Origin: Haliotis rufescens
Taxonomy: Eukaryota
Assembly: GCF_023055435.1 (NCBI RefSeq)
Contig: NW_025963879.1
Location: 22,816,001-22,880,000 of the forward strand
DNA length: 64,000 nt
Direction of reading: 5' to 3'
Shown here: positions 10,905 through 22,900 of the stretch, in pieces
Layout: the number at the start of each line of letters is the position of its first letter
How positions within the stretch are numbered: the stretch's first letter is position 1
The notes under the pieces: model-generated
Told to the model about the DNA's origin: nothing
Database searches by the model: none
Seen by the model: the letters and a program-made list of their open reading frames with translations, nothing else
Made by a program: the position numbers and the translations under genes

Positions 10905-13900
10905 ATGGGCAAGTCGAAGAAGAAGAAATTCAGAGCTGCTAAGGCTGAACCAACGGGATTAACAAGTGTGAAGGAGATTGAAACGGAAATTGAGAATTTT
11001 GTTCCGAATGCACATGGCACTGTTTCTGATGTCATCGAGCAGGTGAGTAGCTAAGTAAAAGAATTCTGCCGTTACGTGTAGACATTGTTTTGGTTTTCAG
11101 CAATCAACCATGACACAGTCGGTAAATAGGATGCAATGCCAAGGTCGGAGGAAAACACTAGGGTTAATTGACCACCAAAGTCTAAATAGGATTAATGAAG
11201 GCTGTTGTGCTGCAGGTTGGCCGTAATGTAGGGTCATGTCTTGACTGTTGAACCCCATCGCGCCTCTCGGCTCAGGTCAGGGAATCTCATGGGGATTCCT
11301 GTTTAGAGGTGAGGTGAAATGGGGTTTAACGTCACGTCCAAGATTATTGCACTTATATAGCGACGTGCATGTATACGTGTGTGTGTGTTTGTGTGGCTGC
11401 TTGTACTAGTCTGGACTGATGCCGATTTATAGTGCTAGCACACTGAGATACCATGCCGCAGTTTAACATGAATACCCCACTCAGACACAGTACACTGACT
11501 CCGAGCCGACAAGTTCTTGTTTCAGCCCCTTAATGCCGAGCGCCAGACAGGGTAACAACAACTGAACAAGTACCATCTTTTAATGTCTTTTGGTATAACA
11601 CAGCCAGGCTCTCCAGGCAAACACTCTACCACTAGACCATGGCTGGGGATCGAACCCGGGACCTTCCGCTCTCCAGGCGGACGCTCAACCACTGGACCAT
11701 GGAGGTGGTCTCCTGATTAGAACAGAGTCCAGAAATCTGTGCTGGGTGTTAGAACAGACTCTATCGATCGGTTAAAAATTGGTCAGACTGGCTGACTTGT
11801 TTGATTGCATGTCGTCTCACCCCAATGGCATAGTTCATTATCCATAATATCATTCACTGGATTGTCTGATCTAGACACGATTGTTTACAGTCCTTCTTTT
11901 TAGCATATGAGCTAGAAAGGTCAATCCCTGAAACCCCTTAGGCTAGCATCTATCTAAAAAGCTATAACTGAAACTACTGATATTTTATATAAGCATTTTA
12001 CCTGATGATAAGTATTACTTGCTAAACTATAATTATATGAAATGATTTATAAATATTACACCATGATAACTCATAAAAGCACTTGGTGTGGATCTAATTA
12101 TTATGGGAAAACTTAGTATAAATGTTATATCATGATAGTTTTAAAGACATTTTGTAAATAATATCATAATACTATTTTCCTTCCGAATCCTTACAAGGTA
12201 TATGAAGGGGCAGACAGGAAATGGGTACTGTCTTTCCACCCCTGAAAAAAAACCACAAGGAATTTCATGTCATGATATGATATCAGTACTGGTTACTAAA
12301 ATAAATAACAAGTTGCCATTTCTTGTTCAGTCAAGACTTATTAATTTGCATAAATCTGTATGGGTTGGAGGGATTAGTTGAATTGTTGAGAATAAGTTGA
12401 GAATTGAAAGCAAACCCTTCTGCCAGTGTGTAGACTATGTAGTAGAAGGGGCACGGGTGGCCCAGTCGTCTAAGGCGCCACGATTCGCTGTGCAGAGTTG
12501 CGTCCCTTGGGCACGCCAGAAACCTATGATTGTGGGTTCGAATCCCGGTTCGCCCCGATTATGTTTCTAGGTTTGTCAGCACCATACCCGTGCTCGTGGG
12601 TTTCACCGAAGTGGTAAACGTCCGAGACCTGCATCACTTGGGGCTTTCCTCCCACATTAAGCTGACACGCCACGATATAACTGGAATACTGTTAAAAGCG
12701 GCGTTAAACCCCACTCACTCACTTACTCACTCACTATGTAGTAGATGCTTGTGTCGTTCATACTGAAGGGTTATCTGTCCACATTGCTTGCTGTTCACCC
12801 GACTGCTTGTACATGATTTCCAGGGCAGTAGACCCGTGAAGATCCTTGTTGGACTAGGTCTTCAGAGGCCCATGCTTGCTCAAGTTGCTGTGAAAGGTGA
12901 TGATGCTTGTCATAAGAGGCAACTAACAGGATCGGTTGGTCAGGCTTGCTGACTTTAATGATGCATGTCATGGTATCCCAAATGCGTGGATCGATGCTTG
13001 TGATGTCAATCACTGGATTGTCTGGTCCAGACTTGATTATTTACAGGCCACCGTCATATAGCTGGAATATTCCTGAGTGCGGCATTAAACAACAAACAAA
13101 CAAACAATTAAAGTAAAAACAAACAAGCAAACAAATCCAAGGCAGTACTGGCACTATGGATGGAAGCTGGTCAGGTTTGATGTGGTCATGTTCACATTCT
13201 TAGGTCACTCATGCAGTTAGAATTTCTGACCATATAAAGTATTTGAATAGCATTTAGAAGTGATACACAAAAGAGAGAGAATTTATGGATGTCAACTTCT
13301 TTATAATGCGGAACACAATGTTTCGGAGTATACCTACTCCATCATCTCCTTCACCTGATGAAAGAGTAAGCAAGTACTCCACAATGTTGTGTTCCTAATT
13401 ATAGGGAAGGTGATATCCGTAAATTCTCATTTTTCCGAACATATTGTTGAAAATTGAAAATTTTCACAGTATCATGTAAATATCAACTGATTATGATCAG
13501 TATCATCCTTGTTTTTAACTAAATTGTAGCAGGGCATCCCAGTGGTTAGTCATTGTCGCATCGCAGCAAAGAGCAGGGTTTAATTCTCCACATGGGTAAA
13601 ATGTGTAAAGTGTCCACCATCATGACACGGCAAGAATATTGCGAAAGGCAGCAAAAACTCACTCATGTTCTCTGCCGAATTAAAGCGGTATGCATCTGTC
13701 TATAGAGTTATCTCCCCTCTGTGACATTCCTGACCTGAGCACTTTATCTGAGCACTTTTTTACTTAGCTAGACTCTCAGTGAACATTTGTTGGTCTGAAT
13801 GTTTGCCTGTTTATTCATACAATATTGGTTGTTGCAGCTTCAGAGTGTGAACGTGGAGACCCGGGAGTGTGGCTGTTCCACCCTAGCCAACCTGGTCAGC

Positions 13901-16900
13901 CAGCCGGAAGTTATACCTCTACTACTACAACACAACATTGTCAAGATTGTCGCTCCTTTGATTGTAGATCCTAGTCCCCATATCAGACATGTGTCACTAG
14001 GAGCTTTGAGGTAAGACATGAGTCACTAGGAGCTTTGAGGTAAGATGTGTGTCGCTAGGATCTTTGAGGTAAGGTGTGTGTCGCTAGAAGTTTTGAGGTA
14101 ACACCTGTGACGCCAGGAGCTTTGAGGTAAGACGTGTGTCACTAGGAGCTTTGAGGTAAGACGTGTGTCGCTAGGAGCTTTGAGGTAAGATGTGTGTCGC
14201 TAGAAGTTTTGAGGTAAGACCTGTGGCGCCAGGAGCTTTGAGGTAAGACATGTGGCGCTAAGAGATTTGAGGTAAGACGTGTCACTAGAAGTTTTATACA
14301 CAGCCAAGGGTCCATTAGTCTGAGACAAGTGAAAAGTAATTACTAAACATTTATGTTGCCATGGTTACAGTCAAATCATTGATTATTACATTTTATTATC
14401 GTTTGAAGATTCAAACTTAAAACTCCTCAATGCAGCTTGGTAGTACACTTTTACATGCACAGAAGTGATGAGGCCACTGTTTTGATCTTTCATGTGTCTG
14501 CAGAAACCTGAGTGTAAGTGGCGGCCATGAGGTCTGCGAGGAGATGGTGCAGAAGGACGTCCTTACACCACTTGTCCTTCTATTCCAGAAGGTGAGCCAG
14601 ACTTCAGTCATTATGTACTCCCCAACGTTTCGTCCAAGGCCCCTCCACCCGTGAAGATTCCGGGGTAGAATAGGTCTTAGCAACCCATGCTTGCCATAAA
14701 AAGTGACTATGCTTGTCGTAAGAGGAGACTAACAGGATCGGGGGTCAGACTCATTGACCTTGTTGATGCATGCCATCGTATTCCAATTGTGTCAATCACT
14801 GGATTATCTGGTCAGACTTATTAATTTACAGACCACCATCATATAGCTGGAATATTGCAGAGTGCGGCAGTAAACAACAAACAAGCAAACAAATCCAAGG
14901 CAGTACTGGCACTATGGATGGAAGCTGGTCAGGTTCACATTCTTAGGTCACTCATACAGTTAGAATTTCTGACCATATTAAGTCTTTGGCCCAATGCCCC
15001 TAAACATCAGTTTTTGTGTTAAGTCGATCACACATGTTTACATACCGTACTATAGATATATAAGCAACATTACTAGCACCTTTCTGAAATACGACTACCA
15101 TCATCACAATGGTAATACAGGTTAGAATTGATCTTCAGCAACCCATGGTTGTTGTAAGAGACTGATGTGGCTCAGGTGGTCAGACTCTCTGGCAGATGCT
15201 CGTGATGTCAGTCACTGGATTGTCTGGTCTAAACTCGATTATTTATAGACCAGAGTCATGTTGTAGGAATATTGCTGAGTGTGGCATAAACAACACACGA
15301 AGCATGATCCCGTGATCTGATCCTTGCATCCATGCTTATGACATGTATGAGAATGTGTTTGAATGTATTCCACTAGTACACACAGATGTCTGTCTTCAGT
15401 ATGGTGTAGGCTGGCTTCCGGACAAGAAGGAGAAGATTGTGAAACATGATGACACTTCTGAGAACATCTTTGCAGAGGCAGTGCACCTGCTGTGGAATAT
15501 TTGGTAAGATGCCTGTCTGTGGGAGTCTAGTGTAAAAGTAAGGCCAAAAAGGATGCGTGTTTCCAATAGTTCAGTGAACCCATGATGCTACCTGTGACCC
15601 TTAAACGTTTATTATGTCTGTACGTAGTTGTCAGGACATCAGTTATATTTAGAATGGTATATATATGCCCTACCTACCTCCCCATATTTGTTTGCTCCAG
15701 GGGGGCGGTCGGGTAGCCTAGTGGTTAAAGCGTTCGCACGCCAGGCCAAAGACCCGGGTTCGAATCCCAACATGGGTACAATGTGTGAAGCCCATTTCTG
15801 GTGTCCCCTGCCGTGATAATGCTGGAATATTGCTAAAAGCGGTGTAAAACCATTCTCATTCACTCACTCACTGTTTGCTCCAGGTGTAGTATGACATCAG
15901 GGCCTGGTTCATGCGGTCACATTTTATGCTATTTAGCAAACAATGAGATCATTTAAACCAAATATATACATCATGTATCATTCTAAATGTTCTGTAAACA
16001 TTGTCCCTCGACTAACTATTATGACTTCTGATGTCCCAGCCTGGATTGAATCAATCACAGAGATGCCAGCCATTATGATTTTTGTGTAATTGTTATGATT
16101 TTGACACTAAATTTACACTATTAACACATGTTTCACTATGTGTAGGTCTAACATAAATATCGAATATGCAAGTACTTTTTAAACCTCCTATTACTCCAGA
16201 GCTTCATTTAGGGTCTTCTTCCCGAGGCAAGAGAGTTAACTGACTGACGAACTAGGCTGGAATTCCTGGGCTCGATCGTAGCGCCGCCACTGGCTATTAC
16301 AAGTTATGTCCCTTCTATGCCTCTCCTATGGACCAATCAGTTTCCCCGCCTCGTATCACTTGCATTTGCTTCAAACAAAATGGCGCCCCCGTCAAGATGA
16401 TCTGATTGATAATCAAGATCTATATTGTGATAAAACGGATCTTACATACCGAAGTCACATCACGTGAGCACCTTGATTAAAAAATTGAAAAGATTTGGAA
16501 AATATCTGTTGACACCGAGTTAGCAGTGCACATGTTTTGCAAATTCTTCAATCAACCGAAATCTACATGACAGTTAACGAACCAGATTTCAATTTAATTG
16601 CGCGATTTTGATTGAACTATGCATAGACTCATTAGTCCAGACAAAATCTAACTCCACAATACCAGCCTTGTTCGGCAAGAGTGGCAAATGGACTTTTTTA
16701 GTCAGTTAACTCCCTTGCCTCGGGAAGATGTTTAGAGTTGGCATCTCTGGAATCTTTTGTTCTTGATCCTGACTGTATTGTCCCTGCTTGGTGTTGTGAG
16801 GAGGATGGCTTGTGTTGCAGTGAGAGCAGTGACCTGGCAGTGAGTGTGTTCAACAGGGAGACCTTAGTGCAGTACCTGTTGCCTTGCCTGCAGCATCAGC

Positions 16901-19900
16901 TGTATGGCTTCTCTACAGCCATAGCAGTAGGTAGGTACAGGTTTCTGGTCTATGTCAGCCATAGCAGTAGGTAGGTACATGGTCTATGTCAGCCATAGCA
17001 GTAGGTAGGTACATGGTCTATGTTAGCCATAGCAGTAGGGAGGTACATGGTCTATGTCAGCCATAGCAGTAGGTAGGTACATGGTGTATGTCAGCCATAG
17101 CAGTAGGGAGGTACATGGTCTATGTCAGCCATAGCAGTAGGTAGGTACATGGTCTATGTCAGCCATAGCAGTAGGTAGGTACATGGTCTATGTCAGCCAT
17201 AGCAGTAGGTAGGTACATGGTCTATGTCAGCCATAGCAGTAGGTAGGTACATGGTGTATGTCAGCCATAGCAGTAGGGAGGTACATGGTCTATGTCAGCC
17301 ATAGCAGTAGGTAGGTACATGGTCTATGTCAGCCATAGCAGTAGGTAGGTTCATGGTCTATGTCAGCCATAGCAGTAGGTAGGTACATGGTCTGTCAGCC
17401 ATAGCAGTAGGTAGGTACATGGTCTATGTCAGCCATAGCAGTAGGTAGGTACATGGTCTATGTCAGCCATAGCAGTAGGTAGGTACATGGTCTATGTCAG
17501 CCATAGTAGCCAGGTACATGGTCTATGTCAGCCATAGTAGCCAGGTACATGGTCTATGTCAGCCATAGTAGCCAGGTACAGGACCAATGTCAGACATAGT
17601 AGCCAGGTACAGGACCGATGTCAGCCATAGTAGCCAGGTACAGGACCGATGTCAGCCATAGTAGCCAGATACAGGACCGATGTCAGCCATAGTAGCCAGG
17701 TACAGGACCGATGTCAGGAAGATTATTAGTTATCAGTGTATGCATTAAGTACAAACACACACACACATGCACACACTCATACACATCCATGACATACCAG
17801 AACCTACCCATGCTCATATGATGATGATGATGATGATGATATGGTTGGGTTTTCAGCTCAATGTCTCCATGCAGTGACAGAAAACAACAAGATGGCTGCC
17901 GAGTATTGTCAGACGGGCGGCACATTAGCACTGCTCAGCCAGTTGATGACACCGGTCGAATCAGCAGATAGTATCCAGCTAAGCACACTTGTGACAGGTG
18001 GGTGGATATCAAGGCAGCCCTATTGAAAAGCTAATTATGCCCACTACTCAGCATTTTTGTTGAAAATGTGATGAAAAAGATAATTAAAACTGTGACTTTC
18101 ACCTGCTGCATTTTTCTGCCCTGGGCCAATACGTCCTCCTTTGACAACCTGGACCTGGAAAATTCTTTCTACATACATTTCCCTGCACAGTAAACTTCCT
18201 CCCTGAAACCACTAGACCAGTCAAGCTGAAACTTCACATGCTTGTTCCCACCAGTAATGACACCTGAATGTGTTCAGACAATACATAAAAACTAGACTTT
18301 TGGAGACAAGTAACAGTAATGGCTGTGTCTCACCCTGTTGTAATTAGTTCTGTATGAAACCTTGCAGGGATCCTGATCAATGTCAGCAACCCACTGCAGC
18401 CCCAGACTCCGATGGCGACCCTCGTCCACACACTAGCCACTGTCCTGGCAGTGGACGTCACCAACCTAATCGGGGAGGCAACACAGAATGGCTGTCTGGT
18501 AGGAGATGGTGTTTCTGTGTGTGGTTCTGCACCCTTGATTGTCTACTCATTAATATGGAGATATACCCTGAACCCATTGGTCACCAATGTTCATATGTTC
18601 CAGGGGGCACGGGTGGCCCAGTCGTCTAAGGCGCCGCAATTCGCTGTGCGGAGTTGCATCCCTTGGGCACGCCAGAAACCTATGATTGTGGGTTCCAATC
18701 CCGGTTCGCCCCGATTATGTATGTTTCTAGGTTTGTCAGCACCATACCCGTGCTCGTGGGTTTCACCGAAGTGGTAAACGTCCAAGACCTGCATCACTTC
18801 GAGCTTTCCTCCCACATTAAGCTAACACACCGTGATATAACTGGAATAGTGTTAATAGCGGCGTTAAACCCAACTCACTCGCTCGTATGTTCCAGTTTGA
18901 ATGACAGTCAGTTTCAGGGTTCTTTCAAGAAGCGTCAAAATATGTCCCGTGTTTTGTACGTGACTTGTCTTGTTCCATACTGTTTCAAATACAACTTTGA
19001 ATGCCTGGTAGCATAAGGACACTCAGACAGGGCTTCACCAGATGCAAAATATTATGTCCAGTATGCATAAAGAGTTAAAGTGGACATAAATACATTTGCA
19101 CTGCGAGTCCCAAGGGATGTGAAAAGGTATGTCTGTGTGACTATTTCAAACTAAGTTGTAACCATGGTAACATGCATTTAATATTTATCGTGTGTTGCAT
19201 GTCCTCATATTGCAGAATGGTGCTGGGAGTAGTGATGAGGCCAGTATTGCACACCAAAGGGTAACTAGCAATAAGTTATTTGTGGTTATAAGGAATGATT
19301 GAAACACACTATTTGTCTGTCTGTATCTGTGTCTCTCTGTCTGTCTGTCTGTCTGTATCTGTGTGTCTGTCTGTCTGTATCTGTGTGTCTGTCTGTCTGT
19401 GTGTCTGTATTTGTATGTCTGTCTGTCTGTCTGTCTCTATCCAGCATGGATTGCTAGGGCCCATTTCTAACTCAGAATTCCCAGGAGGGAGGCTATGTTA
19501 GTAAATTTGATACCTAATATTAACATTCAGTATTATGATACAGAAATCAACATGAATCAGTCATCTCAGCCTGAACTAGTGTTTGCAATTCAAAACTATA
19601 ATTTGGCAGGTAGTATATTGTGAATGTAGCGAAGTGATAATCTGGCACTTTGTGTCTGTTGTCAGGGCGCTGAGCCTCGAGGTAAACTGAAGGAGGTCGA
19701 CCAGATCCTTTCAGCTCAGCAGACCAGCCTCGAGATCATCGCCAACCTGTGCTGTGCTGGGGGTAAGTCTTGTCTGGACAGGAAGGGTTGTTCCAGGTTA
19801 GCAGCGTCAGCAGGGATAGGTTGGTTTCAGTTTCCAGATAAATCTTTGAATGCATCAGAAAGCTATTTTAATATTAGATCATTTCTGTTGGATAATAAAT

Positions 19901-22900
19901 TGTGTTGCTCATCATTGTGTTCCAAGCATTGTCTTCTCAACATCATGTTCTCAGGGTTGTGTTGCAGCTTTCTGATCAAGTATTGTGTTGCCAGTATTGG
20001 CTTGCCAGCAATGTGTTGCCGGCATTGTCTTCCCAGGGTCGAGTTCCCAGGGTGGTGTTCCCAGGGTTGTCTTCCCAGGGTCGAGTTCCCAGATTTGAGT
20101 TCCCAGGGTCGAGTTCCCAGGGTCGAGTTCCCAGGGTGGTGTTCCCAGGGTTGTGTTCCCTGGGTCGTGTTCCAAGGTTTGTGTTCCCTGGGTCGTGTTT
20201 CCAGATTTGTGTTCCCAGGGTCGAGTTCCCAGGTTTGTGTTCCCTGGGTCGTGTTTCCAGATTTGTGTTCCCAGGGTCGAGTTCCCAGGGTGGTGTTCCC
20301 AGGTTTGTGTTCCCTGGGTCGTTTTTCCAAATTTTTGTTCCCAGGCTTGAGTTCCCAGGTTTGTGTTCCCAGGGTCGTGTTTCCAGATTTGTGTTCCCAG
20401 GGTCGAGTTCCCAGGTTTGTGTTCCCAGGGTTGTGTTCCCAGGGTTGTGTTCCCAGGGTCGTGTTGCAAAGGTCGTGTTCCCAGGGTCTTATTCCCAGGA
20501 TCGTTCTCCCAGTGTCTTTTCCCAGCAAAGTAGTCCCAGCATCATGTTCCAAGGATTACATTGCTCAAGGTTGTGTCTGTCACAGATGATGACTGGGAGG
20601 ACGTCAGCATCGACTCTGGCTCCTCTGATGAGATGGCTGTTGACATCAGCATGGGGGAAGACGCCAGTGAGGAATGTGTAAGTACAGAAGATATTCACCT
20701 TTATTTACTAATTCTACTTTATCTCATGTTTATCAATAATATGTATATCAACGATTAAATAAGCTGTTATTAAACACATGTTACAGCCATTGTTAAGTGC
20801 CATTGTTAGGCTTGGAAGGCTATTATGAAGCCATCACTGACATAATCAACTATTACTTGCAACAAATACAATCGTTTTATCTACTTTGGCAAAATTCTTG
20901 CTGCAGTCAGTGTTTTTGAAACTGGTTGACTCCCGAGACAAAGCTGATGGATTGATATGACAGGTTTGCTGCAGGAGGTTTACTGTGAATCCAAGCTCTT
21001 ATTTGATTGGTTACAGTCAATCCAATGAAATTGCATAACAGAAAGGATGTTTTTTTAGGTTACATATGCAATTTAGTAGTATTTACAAAGATCTCACATG
21101 TCTAAATATCCAGCTCAAATACTACTTTTAAATATTGGTTAAAGTATTTTTTAATTCTTAAGTTAATATGCCACAGTTTAACATGGATACCTGACTCAGA
21201 TACAGTATACTGACTGTGAGCCAACCAATAATTCTTTCATTCCCTAATGCCAAGCACCAGGCAGGGAGTTCTGTTTTTACATCTTAAATGAAGTGGCCAT
21301 GGGATCAAACCACCAACCATTCACTCTCCAGGGATATACATTACACTGAGGTGGTCCAATACAATATGAAGAGAGACAAGATAAAAATAACAAACACCAC
21401 ACATGTATAGCATATATCTTTTACATGTTCTTAAACATAAATATGCAGTTAGAGTGATCTCCCCTTGACTAGGACTTGAGCAAGCTCCTTCCCAGTGCGT
21501 GACACCTTCGTTACACTCTCGGTAACATCGCTGTCACCAGTGTGGGCGCGGCCATTACAAGAATCTTGAAATTTGCCCTCTAACCACGTATTAGTAACGT
21601 TATACTTTTATTTATGTCTTTGAGAATGCCATCATATTTCATTTTGAAAAGGTTTACGACTGACCATGTTTTCCAGATGAATTTACTTTGGTTTTTTTAA
21701 TATTCAGATTGGTTTGAGATTGCAGACTAATGAAAATCAACCAACTTCTACCTTACATTCTTACTATATCAGTTAAAGATGATACTTTTAATGAAATAGA
21801 AATTCACGTTGACAAACAAAGAAAGTAATTTATCAGCGGTAAGTGTATTCAGCGTCACGACTGTCGTCACTTGTTTGTGAACATAACGGTCTCAAGTTCA
21901 ACTCCAAGCATGGTTGGGGCCACCTATCACAGTGGGGAGTTTAGACTGGTGGCAGCGATAGTATAGAGAGCACCCCCGAACGGACTATCGCTGTGAGGAG
22001 CTTGGGACTTGAGTCTTGAAACTAACACTTCTTCAAATACTCAGTTGAAGCCCTGCTTGTAATATACCCATATCATTATGTACTGTTGTGTGTTAATATC
22101 AAAAACATTACAATTAAACTCAGATCAGCAAAGACAATAAATTTCCCACAGGATAGAAAGATTATATGTGCATGTATTGTTTGTGCCAGAGCCCTCTGTG
22201 CGTGCCAACTGAGATTCAGGGCGCCCTGCTGAACAACGATATCCTCACAAAGGTAAGCATTCCCTGGGAGTGTCACCCTCCATTGGTACCTTGCAATAAC
22301 ATAACATCTAAGTGATTTGAATGTCAAGGATGGTACTGATCCTATTTTGTAGGGTGGGGGGTGGCAGGTTGTATAAAAATGGACACTGTCCATGCAAGAT
22401 GTCGTTTCCAGTGCAGATCTTGAAAACCATACAATATTTCTTCACCACACATGGCACATAAATAGGTCTTGTGCTGAACTGGTGCTTTTTGATAGGTTGT
22501 GGTTTTTAAAAATATATTTTTCGAGTTTCCATGGCAACAACTCTGTCTTAGACTGAATATGGGTTGATGTATTCACAAGTATTTACCATTGTGCGGAATA
22601 GCAGTAACCTTGTCCTTAGAATAACAACATGGTTGTCTTTAGTGTTGGTGATTATGATTATGACAATGGAATAGATCTTTTGATGATAATTATGATTGTA
22701 TTAGTATTTTAATGTTATTACTAATTGAATAAATGTGTTGATGTTAATCTCTCAGGTTTTGAACAAGGCCCAACCTGTAGAGGAGAGCAAACAGCTTGTG
22801 CTCAACAACTGTGTCGGGGGCAAGAAAATAGCTAACAGGTAGATAAACAAATAATACTGCAACATTCTTTATATTCTGACACGTGAAGATCTGGGATAGA

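Noticed and set aside
12831-12935. Calling family D 5' motif an HDV-like or hammerhead ribozyme
   Set aside because: gactaa followed by a pairing strand resembles HDV J4/2-P2, but no P1/P3/L3 arrangement or hammerhead core could be built. Kept only as an unclassified structure.
15702-15775. tRNA gene candidates (also 12447, 18604, 37220-37294, 61150-61215)
   Set aside because: tRNA-like heads continue into SINE bodies with simple-repeat tails and TSDs, and lack a proper cloverleaf.
19846-20681. 170-260 aa ORFs on both strands
   Set aside because: Translations of the 14-bp repeat; only 20586-20677 is a real exon.
21470-22018. Possible MITE with degenerate inverted ends (caagctcct / aggagcttg)
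   Set aside because: TIR match is weak and no TSD could be identified.
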